From: an uncultured bacterium
Lineage (GTDB): Bacteria > Verrucomicrobiota > Kiritimatiellia > PWTM01
Assembly: GCA_900661335.1 (NCBI GenBank)
Contig: CAACVY010000001.1
Location: 1-59,378, forward strand
Reading direction: 5' to 3'
Length of the DNA stretch: 59,378 bases
The notes beneath the pieces are model-generated. The model was given only the letters and a program-made list of their open reading frames with translations, was not told where the DNA came from and made no database searches. Shown piece after piece: positions 29,371-38,162 of the stretch (positions are counted from its first letter, which is position 1; each line of letters opens with the position of its first letter). The position numbers and the translations under genes were made by a program.

Positions 29371-30344
29371 TCTTGATCTCCAGAGTCCAGCCCGAGCTGT
29401 TTGCGATACAGTGCTACGTATTCCTTCAGGTAGTCGGCCAACGTGCGAGTGGGACGCCAACCTAGTGCACGGACTTTATCCGAGTTGACCGAGTAGCGCA
29501 GGTCCTGGCCCGGCCGATTAGGAATGAAGACAAATGCGTCCTTCGGGTCTACACCGACGGCCTGCGCGGCCATCGAAGCTGCCTCCAACACGCTGTGTTC
29601 TTCGCCCGAGGACACGTTGTAGATCTCGCCCACCTGACCGCGTTCCATGATCAGAAAAATCGCTTCGCAGTTGTCGCCGGCATACAGCCATTCGCGCCGG
29701 TAACTGCCGTCGCCGTGAATGGTCATTTTCTTTCCGCGGAGCAGAAACTCGATCGTTTTGGCCAGCAGCTTTTCCGGATACTGCCCAAAGCCATAGTTGT
29801 TACAGCTTCGGATAATCTGCACCGGCAACCCGTAGGTGTTCTTCCAGCCTAATACGAGTTGGTCAGCCGCGGCTTTGGTGGCGGAGTAGGGGTTGGACGG
29901 ACACAGCCGATCCGTTTCCTTAAACGAACCCCGAAGGATTGTTCCGTAGACTTCGTCCGTCGAAATCTGCACGAACAGCGGCCGGTCCGTTTCATCCTTC
30001 GCGCGCACGAGCTCCAACAGATTGTATACGCCCTGGACGTTGCTATGAAAGAAGTCCTGGTTGGCGAGAATCGCATTGTCCACATGGGATTCGGCCGCGA
30101 AGTTTACGATCGCCTCTACACCCACCGGGAGGTGGGTCAGCTCGCAAATGTCCGCCTTGATGAAGTGATAATTCGGGAAGCGCTCGAAGCCAAGGTCCTG
30201 CCGTGCCGCGTAGGTGACCTTGTCCACGTTGACCACCTCATAGCCACGTTCCAAGGCCATGCGGACGAAATAGGACCCGATGAACCCAAGGCCGCCCGTG
30301 ACCATGATCCGCTTGAGCCTGCTTCGTGCGATTCTTCCTGTCAT
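29367..30344 (-). CDS. rmlB: dTDP-glucose 4,6-dehydratase
   Basis: GGLGFIG, DKVTYA, NFAAESHVD, STDEVYG, YSATK, NNYG...QYPEK and RPGQDLRY. Confidence 0.92.
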   Translation of the reverse strand: MTGRIARSRLKRIMVTGGLGFIGSYFVRMALERGYEVVNVDKVTYAARQDLGFERFPNYHFIKADICELTHLPVGVEAIVNFAAESHVDNAILANQDFFHSNVQGVYNLLELVRAKDETDRPLFVQISTDEVYGTILRGSFKETDRLCPSNPYSATKAAADQLVLGWKNTYGLPVQIIRSCNNYGFGQYPEKLLAKTIEFLLRGKKMTIHGDGSYRREWLYAGDNCEAIFLIMERGQVGEIYNVSSGEEHSVLEAASMAAQAVGVDPKDAFVFIPNRPGQDLRYSVNSDKVRALGWRPTRTLADYLKEYVALYRKQLGLDSGDQE

Positions 30345-30818
30345 GGCGATTGGTCTCTTTTCGTTGGTTATCTTATCTGACCACGATCGCCACGCAAAAC
30401 TCCTAACGCGGTGGGTCGCGCGATCCGAGGTGCAAAAACGATGCGGGGTTCTAGTCCCAACGCTGCGGCGCCCCAACCGTGCGCCAGTATTCAGGCCAAT
30501 CCGTGTAGCAGGTGTACTTACACCGCGACCGCGGCAAAGGCACCGAAGTGGAACCAACGTAGCAGCAGCGCCGGACCTGCACTCGCTACGTGTCCGATGC
30601 TTCTGCCCTAGCGTCTCATACACTTTGACCATGCCGCGGCGTCCCCTCCGGCTGAAATCCCACGTCGCGGAGTGCTTACAAGATGAGCGTGAGAATTGCA
30701 GCGCTGCTGTGCGATGCCTGCAGGCGCCTCGTGGTTCGAAGCGGTGGCCCGTTCCGTGGACCTGGATCCATAAGAATCTCTCGGGGCAACTGGAAGTACC
30801 GTCGTTGGGCCGGAGTTT

Positions 30819-30863
30819 TCCAAGGTTTGGACAAACTTGGTTGCACGCCGTCCGAGCCTTGGA
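30819..30863. repeat. Pair of TCCRA-N3-TTGGA palindromes starting 32 bp apart
   Basis: TCCAAGGTTTGGA at 30819 and TCCGAGCCTTGGA at 30851. The same arrangement occurs at 50779/50811. Confidence 0.6.
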
Positions 30864-31044
30864 TGGCGGACGCCCGACCGCAGGAACAATTCCCCCCAAT
30901 CTCTTTCCAGACCCGCGGCGTCAACACGGCCGGCGGCGATTGGCCGCGTTGAATTGCTGCCTTGTCGTCGCTTCCAACCCAGGTGGGCGGACATGCTTGG
31001 GTGACTCGACAAGGCGCCGCCTTTGAGCGAGCTTAGTATGCCCC

Positions 31045-33048
31045 ATGCAACCTGGCAGTCAGTTGGTGACGACCATCGGCGAGCGGTGCCGCGTATGCTA
31101 CACGTGCGTGCGCGACTGCCCGGCGAAGGCCATTCGGATTGCCGGTGGGCAGGCGAGAGTCGTTCCGGAGCGCTGTATCGGCTGCGGGAATTGTTACCGC
31201 GTATGCAGCCAAAAGGCGAAGCAGGTGTACGATTCTCGGAATGATGTGCGCGCTCTGCTGGCTTCTGGCCGCACGGTGGCGGCCATCGTGGCGCCGAGTT
31301 ACCCTGCCGAGTTTTCAGACCTGGAACCCTCGCAGGTGGCCGGCATGATCCGCCGCTTGGGCTTTCAACTCGTGTGTGAAACCGCATTCGGAGCCGATTT
31401 GGTCGCCCAGGAGTACCGGCGGCTGCTTGAAACGGACCGTGGCCGTTTCATCGGAACGACCTGCCCTGCCGTGGTCGCCTATGTTCAAAAATACTTGCCC
31501 GAGTTAGTGCCGAACCTCGCGCCGATCGTGTCGCCCATGATCGCAGAAGCCCGTGCACTCCGGCGTATTCATGGGGATGAACTCGCGGTGGTGTTCATCG
31601 GGCCCTGTTTGGCCAAAAAGGTCGAAGCCGACGGGATGGGGGCGCAGACTGCGGAAGTCGAAGCGGTCCTTACCTTTGTCGAGCTACGCGCAATGTTGCG
31701 CGAGGCGGGTATCGAACCGCGCCCGGCATCGGAAGAGCGCGACTTTGATCCTCCTCATCCCACGTTGGGCGCGCTGTTTCCAATCAGTCGCGGACTGCTC
31801 CAGGCCGCGCATTTGCGCGAGGACCTTTTGGAGGGCACCATCGTGGCGGCCGATGGGCGCCCCGCGTTTTTGCAAGCGTTGAGCGACTTCGCGGCGGGCG
31901 CGCTGGACGTCCGCCTGCTGGAAGTGCTCTGCTGTAACGGCTGTGTCATGGGGGCGGGGATGAGTGTGGACGCGCCGCTGTTCCAGCGCCGGATGGCGGT
32001 CAGCCGTCACGCGCGACGGCGTGTCGAACGATCCGATCCCGCGACTGAAGAACTCATTCGTCACCGCTTGGCCGGTCTCGACCTCCGCGCGGAGTTCCGG
32101 CCAGAAAAACTCCCCCCGAGCGCTGTCCCGCCGGAGGAATTGAAACGGATCTTGGCGGTGATGGGCAAGCTCAGCCCGGAGGACGAACTGAACTGTGGGG
32201 CGTGTGGCTACTCGACCTGCCGTGAGCACGCTGCGGCCATCTATTTGGGGCTGGCCGAAAGCGAGATGTGCCTCCCGTACACGATCGACCGTTTGCGGGA
32301 ATCGCTTAAGGAGTTGAGCGAGTCCAACGCGCAGTTGGCCAGCGCGCGCGAAGCCCTGATGAATGCGGAGAAACTGGCCAGCATGGGGCAGTTGGCCGCG
32401 GGCATCGCCCACGAGATCAACAACCCACTCGGGGTGATCCTCCTGTATGCAAAGATGTTGTTGAACGAAATTCCACCGGCCTCGCAGGCGCGTCAAGATC
32501 TGGCGCTGATTGCCGAACAGGCCGAACGGTGCCGAAACATCGTGTCAGGGTTGCTCAACTTCGCGCGACGGAATCGTGTCGTCCGGCGTCCGACCAATCT
32601 CATCGAACTGGTCGAACGCTGTCGACGAGGGGTCGTGATTCCGGACCATGTCTACGTGTATGTTCGGCATAACATGCGCGATCCGATGGCGGAAGTGGAC
32701 GGCGACCAGATCCTGCAGGTGTTGACCAACCTGATCGTCAATGCTGTCGAGGCGATGCCCAATGGGGGCGAGCTGACGATTGAAACCGATGATACGGACG
32801 AGGAAGTCATCCTCCGAGTGCGGGATACGGGTTGTGGAATTCCGCCCCAGAACTTGCCCAAGATTTTCGAGCCTTTCTTCACGACCAAGCAGATCGGGAA
32901 AGGCACCGGACTTGGCTTGGCGGTGGCCTATGGAATCGTCAAAATGCACCGAGGGCGGATCGAAGTTACGTCGAATGCGGATCCCTCTCGCGGGCCGACC
33001 GGCACGACGTTCACGGTGACCTTGCCCCGTCGAGCGGAGGAGGTGTGA
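31045..33048 (+). CDS. Sensory (group C-like) [FeFe]-hydrogenase domain fused to an FeS domain and a histidine kinase
   Basis: Two [4Fe-4S] motifs (CRVCYTCVRDCP, CIGCGNCYRVC), H-cluster motifs TTCP, GPCLAKKVE and EVLCCNGCVMG, FeS domain NCGACGYSTC...MC, H-box AHEINNP, and N/G1/F/G2 boxes. Confidence 0.88.
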   Translation: MQPGSQLVTTIGERCRVCYTCVRDCPAKAIRIAGGQARVVPERCIGCGNCYRVCSQKAKQVYDSRNDVRALLASGRTVAAIVAPSYPAEFSDLEPSQVAGMIRRLGFQLVCETAFGADLVAQEYRRLLETDRGRFIGTTCPAVVAYVQKYLPELVPNLAPIVSPMIAEARALRRIHGDELAVVFIGPCLAKKVEADGMGAQTAEVEAVLTFVELRAMLREAGIEPRPASEERDFDPPHPTLGALFPISRGLLQAAHLREDLLEGTIVAADGRPAFLQALSDFAAGALDVRLLEVLCCNGCVMGAGMSVDAPLFQRRMAVSRHARRRVERSDPATEELIRHRLAGLDLRAEFRPEKLPPSAVPPEELKRILAVMGKLSPEDELNCGACGYSTCREHAAAIYLGLAESEMCLPYTIDRLRESLKELSESNAQLASAREALMNAEKLASMGQLAAGIAHEINNPLGVILLYAKMLLNEIPPASQARQDLALIAEQAERCRNIVSGLLNFARRNRVVRRPTNLIELVERCRRGVVIPDHVYVYVRHNMRDPMAEVDGDQILQVLTNLIVNAVEAMPNGGELTIETDDTDEEVILRVRDTGCGIPPQNLPKIFEPFFTTKQIGKGTGLGLAVAYGIVKMHRGRIEVTSNADPSRGPTGTTFTVTLPRRAEEV

Positions 33049-34238
33049 TGGAGCGTTGGCGTGTTTTAGTGGTGGACGACGAACCCGGGATGTGCCGGGG
33101 TGTCCAGCGGGTGTTGCAACGTCACACCGTGCAACTGCCCGACTTGGGGGCCGAGATCGGGTTTGAAACTGAGGGCGTGGAAACGCTAAGCGAGGCGCGG
33201 GCGGCGCTGACGGCCCGACGGCCGGATCTCATCTTGCTCGACTACAAGCTGCCCGATGGATCGGGGCTGGATTTTTTGCGCGAGCTTCGAACCAGCCAGT
33301 GGGATGGATTGGTGATCATTATTACTGCGTTCGCCTCATTGGACGTTGCGGTCGCGGCGACGCGCAACGGGGCCTTCGATTTCTTGGCCAAACCGTTTGC
33401 GCCGGAAGAACTCGAGACGGTGGTTTCCAAGGCCGTGCGGACGCTTGTGGTCGAACGTCGTGCAAGGCGGTTGGAAGAAGAGCGGCGCCGTACGCGTCTG
33501 GAGTTCCTGTCGGTTCTTGCGCATGAGCTCAAAGCGCCCATTGGGGTGGTGGAGGGAATTTTGCGCCTGATGGCCTCGCGGGTGTTGGGAGCGGATATTT
33601 CCGCCTATGACCGACACATTCACCGCGCGTTGGCCCGGCTGGAAGGAATGCGCAAGCTGATTTTGGACTTGTTGGATCTGACCCGGATCGAGGCTGGCGA
33701 ACGGCGGCGTGAGCTCGGGCGCGTGGATGTGGCTGAGGTGGCGCGCGCCGCCCTCGACATGGTGGCCAGCGATGCCGCGGCACGAAAGATCCAGCTCCGC
33801 TTGCACGCGCAGCCACCGGTCGAGCTGTGGGCCGACCGTAGCGAATTGGAAATCATCCTGAACAACCTAGTGAGCAATGCAGTAAAGTACAACCGCGACG
33901 AAGGATCGGTGGACGTCTGGCTCCGGCGCCTAGAGGACGGCGTGGAGATCGAGGTGGCGGACACCGGGGTGGGGATGACCGAGGAAGAACAGGCACGGTT
34001 GTTTCGAGAATTCTCGAGGATCCGCAACGAAAAAACGCGGAACATTCCGGGCAGTGGATTGGGCCTATCGACCGTGAAAAAGCTGGTGCAAATCTATCGC
34101 GGCGAGATTACGGTCCGCAGTCAACCGGACGTCGGTTCGACCTTCACCGTCCGATTGCGCGATGCAACGGCTGCGAATCCGTCCACCCCGCCGCAGGCTC
34201 AGGTGATCTCGCCAACTCCCGTGGCGGAATCGCGCTGA
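33048..34238 (+). CDS. Hybrid receiver-histidine kinase (REC-HisKA-HATPase)
   Basis: LVVDDE, LLDYKLPD, ITA and KPF receiver motifs, then AHELKAP, NLVSNAVKY, DTGVG and GSGLGL. Start overlaps the upstream stop (TGATG). Confidence 0.92.
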   Translation: MERWRVLVVDDEPGMCRGVQRVLQRHTVQLPDLGAEIGFETEGVETLSEARAALTARRPDLILLDYKLPDGSGLDFLRELRTSQWDGLVIIITAFASLDVAVAATRNGAFDFLAKPFAPEELETVVSKAVRTLVVERRARRLEEERRRTRLEFLSVLAHELKAPIGVVEGILRLMASRVLGADISAYDRHIHRALARLEGMRKLILDLLDLTRIEAGERRRELGRVDVAEVARAALDMVASDAAARKIQLRLHAQPPVELWADRSELEIILNNLVSNAVKYNRDEGSVDVWLRRLEDGVEIEVADTGVGMTEEEQARLFREFSRIRNEKTRNIPGSGLGLSTVKKLVQIYRGEITVRSQPDVGSTFTVRLRDATAANPSTPPQAQVISPTPVAESR

Positions 34239-34396
34239 TCACAGGTACGGCAGAAGGGTCGGATTTCGTCACGGTGGTCAAGAAGGTGTCGCTGTGGGCG
34301 GCGCTCGGGGGATCGGTGTTTTGTTCGCGGTTTCCTGACGTGACCACCATGGCGGGCGCGTGGTGTCTCGATGTGCGATGCGCCCGAGCGGTTCGC

Positions 34397-36454
34397 TCAT
34401 CGGGGGGTGAAATCTTCACTGCTCGACCACACGGCGATGGCGAGGGGATCAAGTACGATGTGATGCGTGCAGACCTCTGGCGCGACGGTCATCGAAGTCA
34501 ACTCCAACTTCCAGTGACCTGCGGGGAGTTCGAAGCGCATGGGAGTACGTGCGCCATTGATTAGCACCAACAGGTCGGGTTCGGGTGAGTGACTTCCGGT
34601 GTGAACCGGGTGTCCACTGAGATGAAAGCCCAACGCACTGCCGCGATGCCAATCGGGAGTGCCCCCATCCGGTCCGAACCACACGATGTCCGGGCCGACG
34701 CCATCCGGCCCGCGCCCGGTTAAAAACCTCGTTCGACGAAGCGACCGGAACCGGGCGCGCAACCGAATCAGCGCGCGGACCCATGCATGCAATTCAGCGT
34801 TTTTGTCAAGCAACGACCAGTCCACCCAGCCGAGCGGGTTATCTTGCGCGTAGACGTTGTTGTTACCCTGCTGCGTGCGACCCAACTCGTCACCCGCCAG
34901 CAACATCGGGACGCCCTGAGCGAGTAGCACGCAGGCCAACAGGTTTTTTTGCTGGCGCAGGCGAAGTGCCTCGATGGCCGGGTTATCCGAAGGGCCTTCG
35001 ACGCCGCAGTTAAACGAGAAATTGATTTGATCACCGTCGCGCCCGCCTTCGCAGTTGGCCTCGTTGCGCGGTCGCGTATAGCGAACAAGATCTGCCAGGG
35101 TGAAACCATCGTGGCAGGTGACGTAGTTCACGCTTGTCAACGGTCCATGGGGGCGGCCGGTGTAGAGGTCCGAACTGCCGGCGAGGCGCGTGGCCAGCGC
35201 GCCGAGAAAGCCCGGGTCACCGCGCCAGAACCTTCGCACGTCGTCGCGGAATCGTCCATTCCATTCCAACCAAGAACGGCCAGGGAAGTTGCCAACTTGA
35301 TAGAGACCGGCGGCGTCCCAAGGCTCGGCGACGAGGCGTACGTTGCGCAGGACGGGGTCCGCGGCGATGTGGGCGAGGAGGGGCGGGTCGCGTAATGGCA
35401 TGCCATCCGGCCCTCGCGTGAGCGCGGCGGCGAGGTCGAACCGGAGGCCGTCTACGTGGAAATCTTGAACCCATCGGCGGAGAACCTGGACGATCAAGTC
35501 AGCCACCGGTGGCTCGTTGGCGTTGACCGTGTTGCCGCACCCCGTGTAATTGGCGAAGTCCTCGGTGCCTGGACGGCGAAGGTAGTAGAGGTCGCGGTCT
35601 AGCGCTTTGAAGTGAAACACCGGTCCGCCGGCGCCCCATTCGCCCGTGTGGTTGAAGACCACGTCCAGCCACACTTCGATCCCCGCGGAGTGCAGTCGCC
35701 GTACGAGCTCGCGGAACTCGTCCAACGCACCTGTGGCGGTGGTGGCGGCGGCGTACTTCGAGTTGGGGGCGCCCCACGCGATGGGGTCGTATCCCCAGAA
35801 GTTCCGCAAGTGTCGGCGATGACGGGCTTCGAGGAAAAATGCCATTTCGTCGAACTCCTGCAGCGGCAGGAACTCCACCGCGGTGACGCCGAGATCCACG
35901 AGATACGGGATCTTTTCCATGAAGCCCGCGTAGGTTCCCGGGTGCTGCACGCGTGAGGACGGGTGCGCGGTGAAACCGCGGAGGTGCACTTCGTACACGA
36001 CGAGATCCTCGAGTCGGTGACGCGGGGACTGGTCGCCTCGCCAGTCGAACCGCGAGAAGTCCACGACCACGCACTTGGGAAATTCGGCTCCGTGATGGCG
36101 CCAGCGCCCAGGGGTCAGGCCTCGAGGGTCGCCCCACGGGGCTGGCCACGCCAGCGCGCTGGCCGCTGGATCCAAGATCCATTGCGTCGGATCGCCACCA
36201 GGTATTTCGACGCGGTATACATACAGCGCGCCATGCTGCACACCCGGCACATGCACGCACCAAAGATCTTCGATGCGGTGGTGTTCGGGGTCGAGCGCCA
36301 AGGTCTCGAACGGCTGCTCGTCATCCGGGTTCTCGAACAGCATTAGGTACACGCGCCGCGCACGCGCGCAGCGCAACACGAACCGCGTGCCATCGGGTTC
36401 CACCCGTGCGCCGCATTCGAGCGGTCCGTCCATGCACAGAAGTCGAGAATCCAT
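34397..36454 (-). CDS. glgX: Glycogen debranching enzyme/isoamylase (GH13); start uncertain
   Basis: YEVHLRGFT, NFWGY, DVVFNHT, NYTGCGNT, DGLRFDLA, AEPWD and CHDGFTLAD. Confidence 0.93.
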   Translation of the reverse strand: MDSRLLCMDGPLECGARVEPDGTRFVLRCARARRVYLMLFENPDDEQPFETLALDPEHHRIEDLWCVHVPGVQHGALYVYRVEIPGGDPTQWILDPAASALAWPAPWGDPRGLTPGRWRHHGAEFPKCVVVDFSRFDWRGDQSPRHRLEDLVVYEVHLRGFTAHPSSRVQHPGTYAGFMEKIPYLVDLGVTAVEFLPLQEFDEMAFFLEARHRRHLRNFWGYDPIAWGAPNSKYAAATTATGALDEFRELVRRLHSAGIEVWLDVVFNHTGEWGAGGPVFHFKALDRDLYYLRRPGTEDFANYTGCGNTVNANEPPVADLIVQVLRRWVQDFHVDGLRFDLAAALTRGPDGMPLRDPPLLAHIAADPVLRNVRLVAEPWDAAGLYQVGNFPGRSWLEWNGRFRDDVRRFWRGDPGFLGALATRLAGSSDLYTGRPHGPLTSVNYVTCHDGFTLADLVRYTRPRNEANCEGGRDGDQINFSFNCGVEGPSDNPAIEALRLRQQKNLLACVLLAQGVPMLLAGDELGRTQQGNNNVYAQDNPLGWVDWSLLDKNAELHAWVRALIRLRARFRSLRRTRFLTGRGPDGVGPDIVWFGPDGGTPDWHRGSALGFHLSGHPVHTGSHSPEPDLLVLINGARTPMRFELPAGHWKLELTSMTVAPEVCTHHIVLDPLAIAVWSSSEDFTPR

Positions 36455-36605
36455 TGTGGGTCCGAACGTATAATGGTACGACCGTTGGACGCGTAAGCGA
36501 ATCGAATCCTTCAAGGCATTGCGGTTGACCTTTTAGGCGGCAATCCGTCGCTCGCCAGTCAGGCAGCTCTTTCCCGACTGTGTCGACCCGCCATCCGCCC
36601 ATACG

Positions 36606-37955
36606 TCACTGCGCGGCGACCTCGGGCGGGTTCCCCGGTTCGAGGCAAAAGAGCGCGGATCCTTGCGCCGTTTCGAGATCGTCTGTATTGCGAACGAGAA
36701 ATAGCTTCCTGTGGGCCCACACGGGTGGAGCCCAGGTTTGGGTGGCCAAGAACACACGACACCGCCCTTCCACTGCGCAGCCTTCGCGGCGAATCCGAAG
36801 CGAAAAGAAATGTCCCAGTTCACTGGACCCCAAGACGCCCGTCGGCGTGGACACGAGCCAACCTCGGCCCATGCGAACTGGGACCGCGCGCGGGCCGGAC
36901 GGCAGACAAGCGACTTCATTCCATTGGAGAGGTTCGCGCCACAATTCGGTGCCCGTGTCCAAGTCCAGCGCCACCAGGGCGGTATCGCCTGGCCCATGAC
37001 CCGTCACGCCCACCCACATGCCGGAGACCACAACGGGCTGCATGAAGTGCACGCCGACCGCGCGATTGGTCCACACAGGAGTGATTCGACCGTCGGGCTC
37101 GATTTGAACCATCACGGTGCCGGCCCCGTAACACTCCGAAATGACGATGCGGTTCCCGATGATGGTGGGTGGGGCGGCGTTGACCGACTCGAAGCGTCGT
37201 CCCCTCCAGGCAAAACGGGCCAGTTCTTGCCCTGACTCCTCATCGAGGACCAACAAACCGCCATTGGGCGGATCGCTTTCGCCGCCCGTGAAACACACTA
37301 CACATCGGCGCCCGTACAACGTAGCGGGGACCGGAGCCGCATAGCCCGCGCTCCAGCCATGGCCGGCGGTCCAGAGCAACGTTCCATCGGACAGCGAAAA
37401 GGCTCGCACGCACGGCCCGGTACCCGTACCGATGTTGACGATGACCCGATGGCCGAGCACCAGCGGGGTGGCACCCGAACCGAAAAAGTTACGGCCGGTG
37501 TTGAATTCACGACATAAGTCCCGCGACCAGATCGGGTGGCCGTCCTTTAGCCCCACAACGTCCAGCCCTCCATCCGGCCCGAGTGCGATGACGCGATCGT
37601 TTGCGACTACGGCGGGTGCGCGCGGTCCACCGTTGTAGCCGTAGCGGTCTCGATAGTCCGTGGGTCGCGCGAACCGCCAACGTCGCTGGCCGGTTTCGAT
37701 GTCGTAGGCATCGATACAAATCTCTTCCCCGATGCGATGGGCGAGCACGACGGTAGTCCCCACCACGGCTGGCGCTGCAAACCCTTCGCCTTTGGGCACG
37801 CTCCACACCACCCGCCAAGTTTGGCTTGTAACAGGTGGCCACGGCTCGGACGTGGTCATGGACCAAGTCGGCCCCAGCAGGTGCGGCCAGTCCGCTGCGA
37901 GAACCCACTGTGCAATGCCGAGGGTGCCGATCAGTATGATTCGATGGCTGTTCAC
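36606..37955 (-). CDS. Secreted PQQ-like beta-propeller repeat protein
   Basis: Signal peptide followed by ADWPHLLGP, repeated A(L/Y)DxxTGxxxW blades and a TWAPPV motif. Confidence 0.8.
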   Translation of the reverse strand: MNSHRIILIGTLGIAQWVLAADWPHLLGPTWSMTTSEPWPPVTSQTWRVVWSVPKGEGFAAPAVVGTTVVLAHRIGEEICIDAYDIETGQRRWRFARPTDYRDRYGYNGGPRAPAVVANDRVIALGPDGGLDVVGLKDGHPIWSRDLCREFNTGRNFFGSGATPLVLGHRVIVNIGTGTGPCVRAFSLSDGTLLWTAGHGWSAGYAAPVPATLYGRRCVVCFTGGESDPPNGGLLVLDEESGQELARFAWRGRRFESVNAAPPTIIGNRIVISECYGAGTVMVQIEPDGRITPVWTNRAVGVHFMQPVVVSGMWVGVTGHGPGDTALVALDLDTGTELWREPLQWNEVACLPSGPRAVPVRMGRGWLVSTPTGVLGSSELGHFFSLRIRREGCAVEGRCRVFLATQTWAPPVWAHRKLFLVRNTDDLETAQGSALFCLEPGNPPEVAAQ

Positions 37956-38162
37956 GGAAACACCTATACGTCCAACTCACGTCGTCCGCACCCGCAACAC
38001 GACCGGCAGCAAACTTGCGTCGCCCTCCGTTCGCGTCCAGAAGAGTTTCGGATCTGCTCGACGCACACGCGAAGCATTATGAAACCCGGCCCAGGCCTTT
38101 CGTGTTGACAGGATCCCGCGTAGGGCCTGGTGTCGATTCCGCCGACGAATCCGCGGGGGTGG

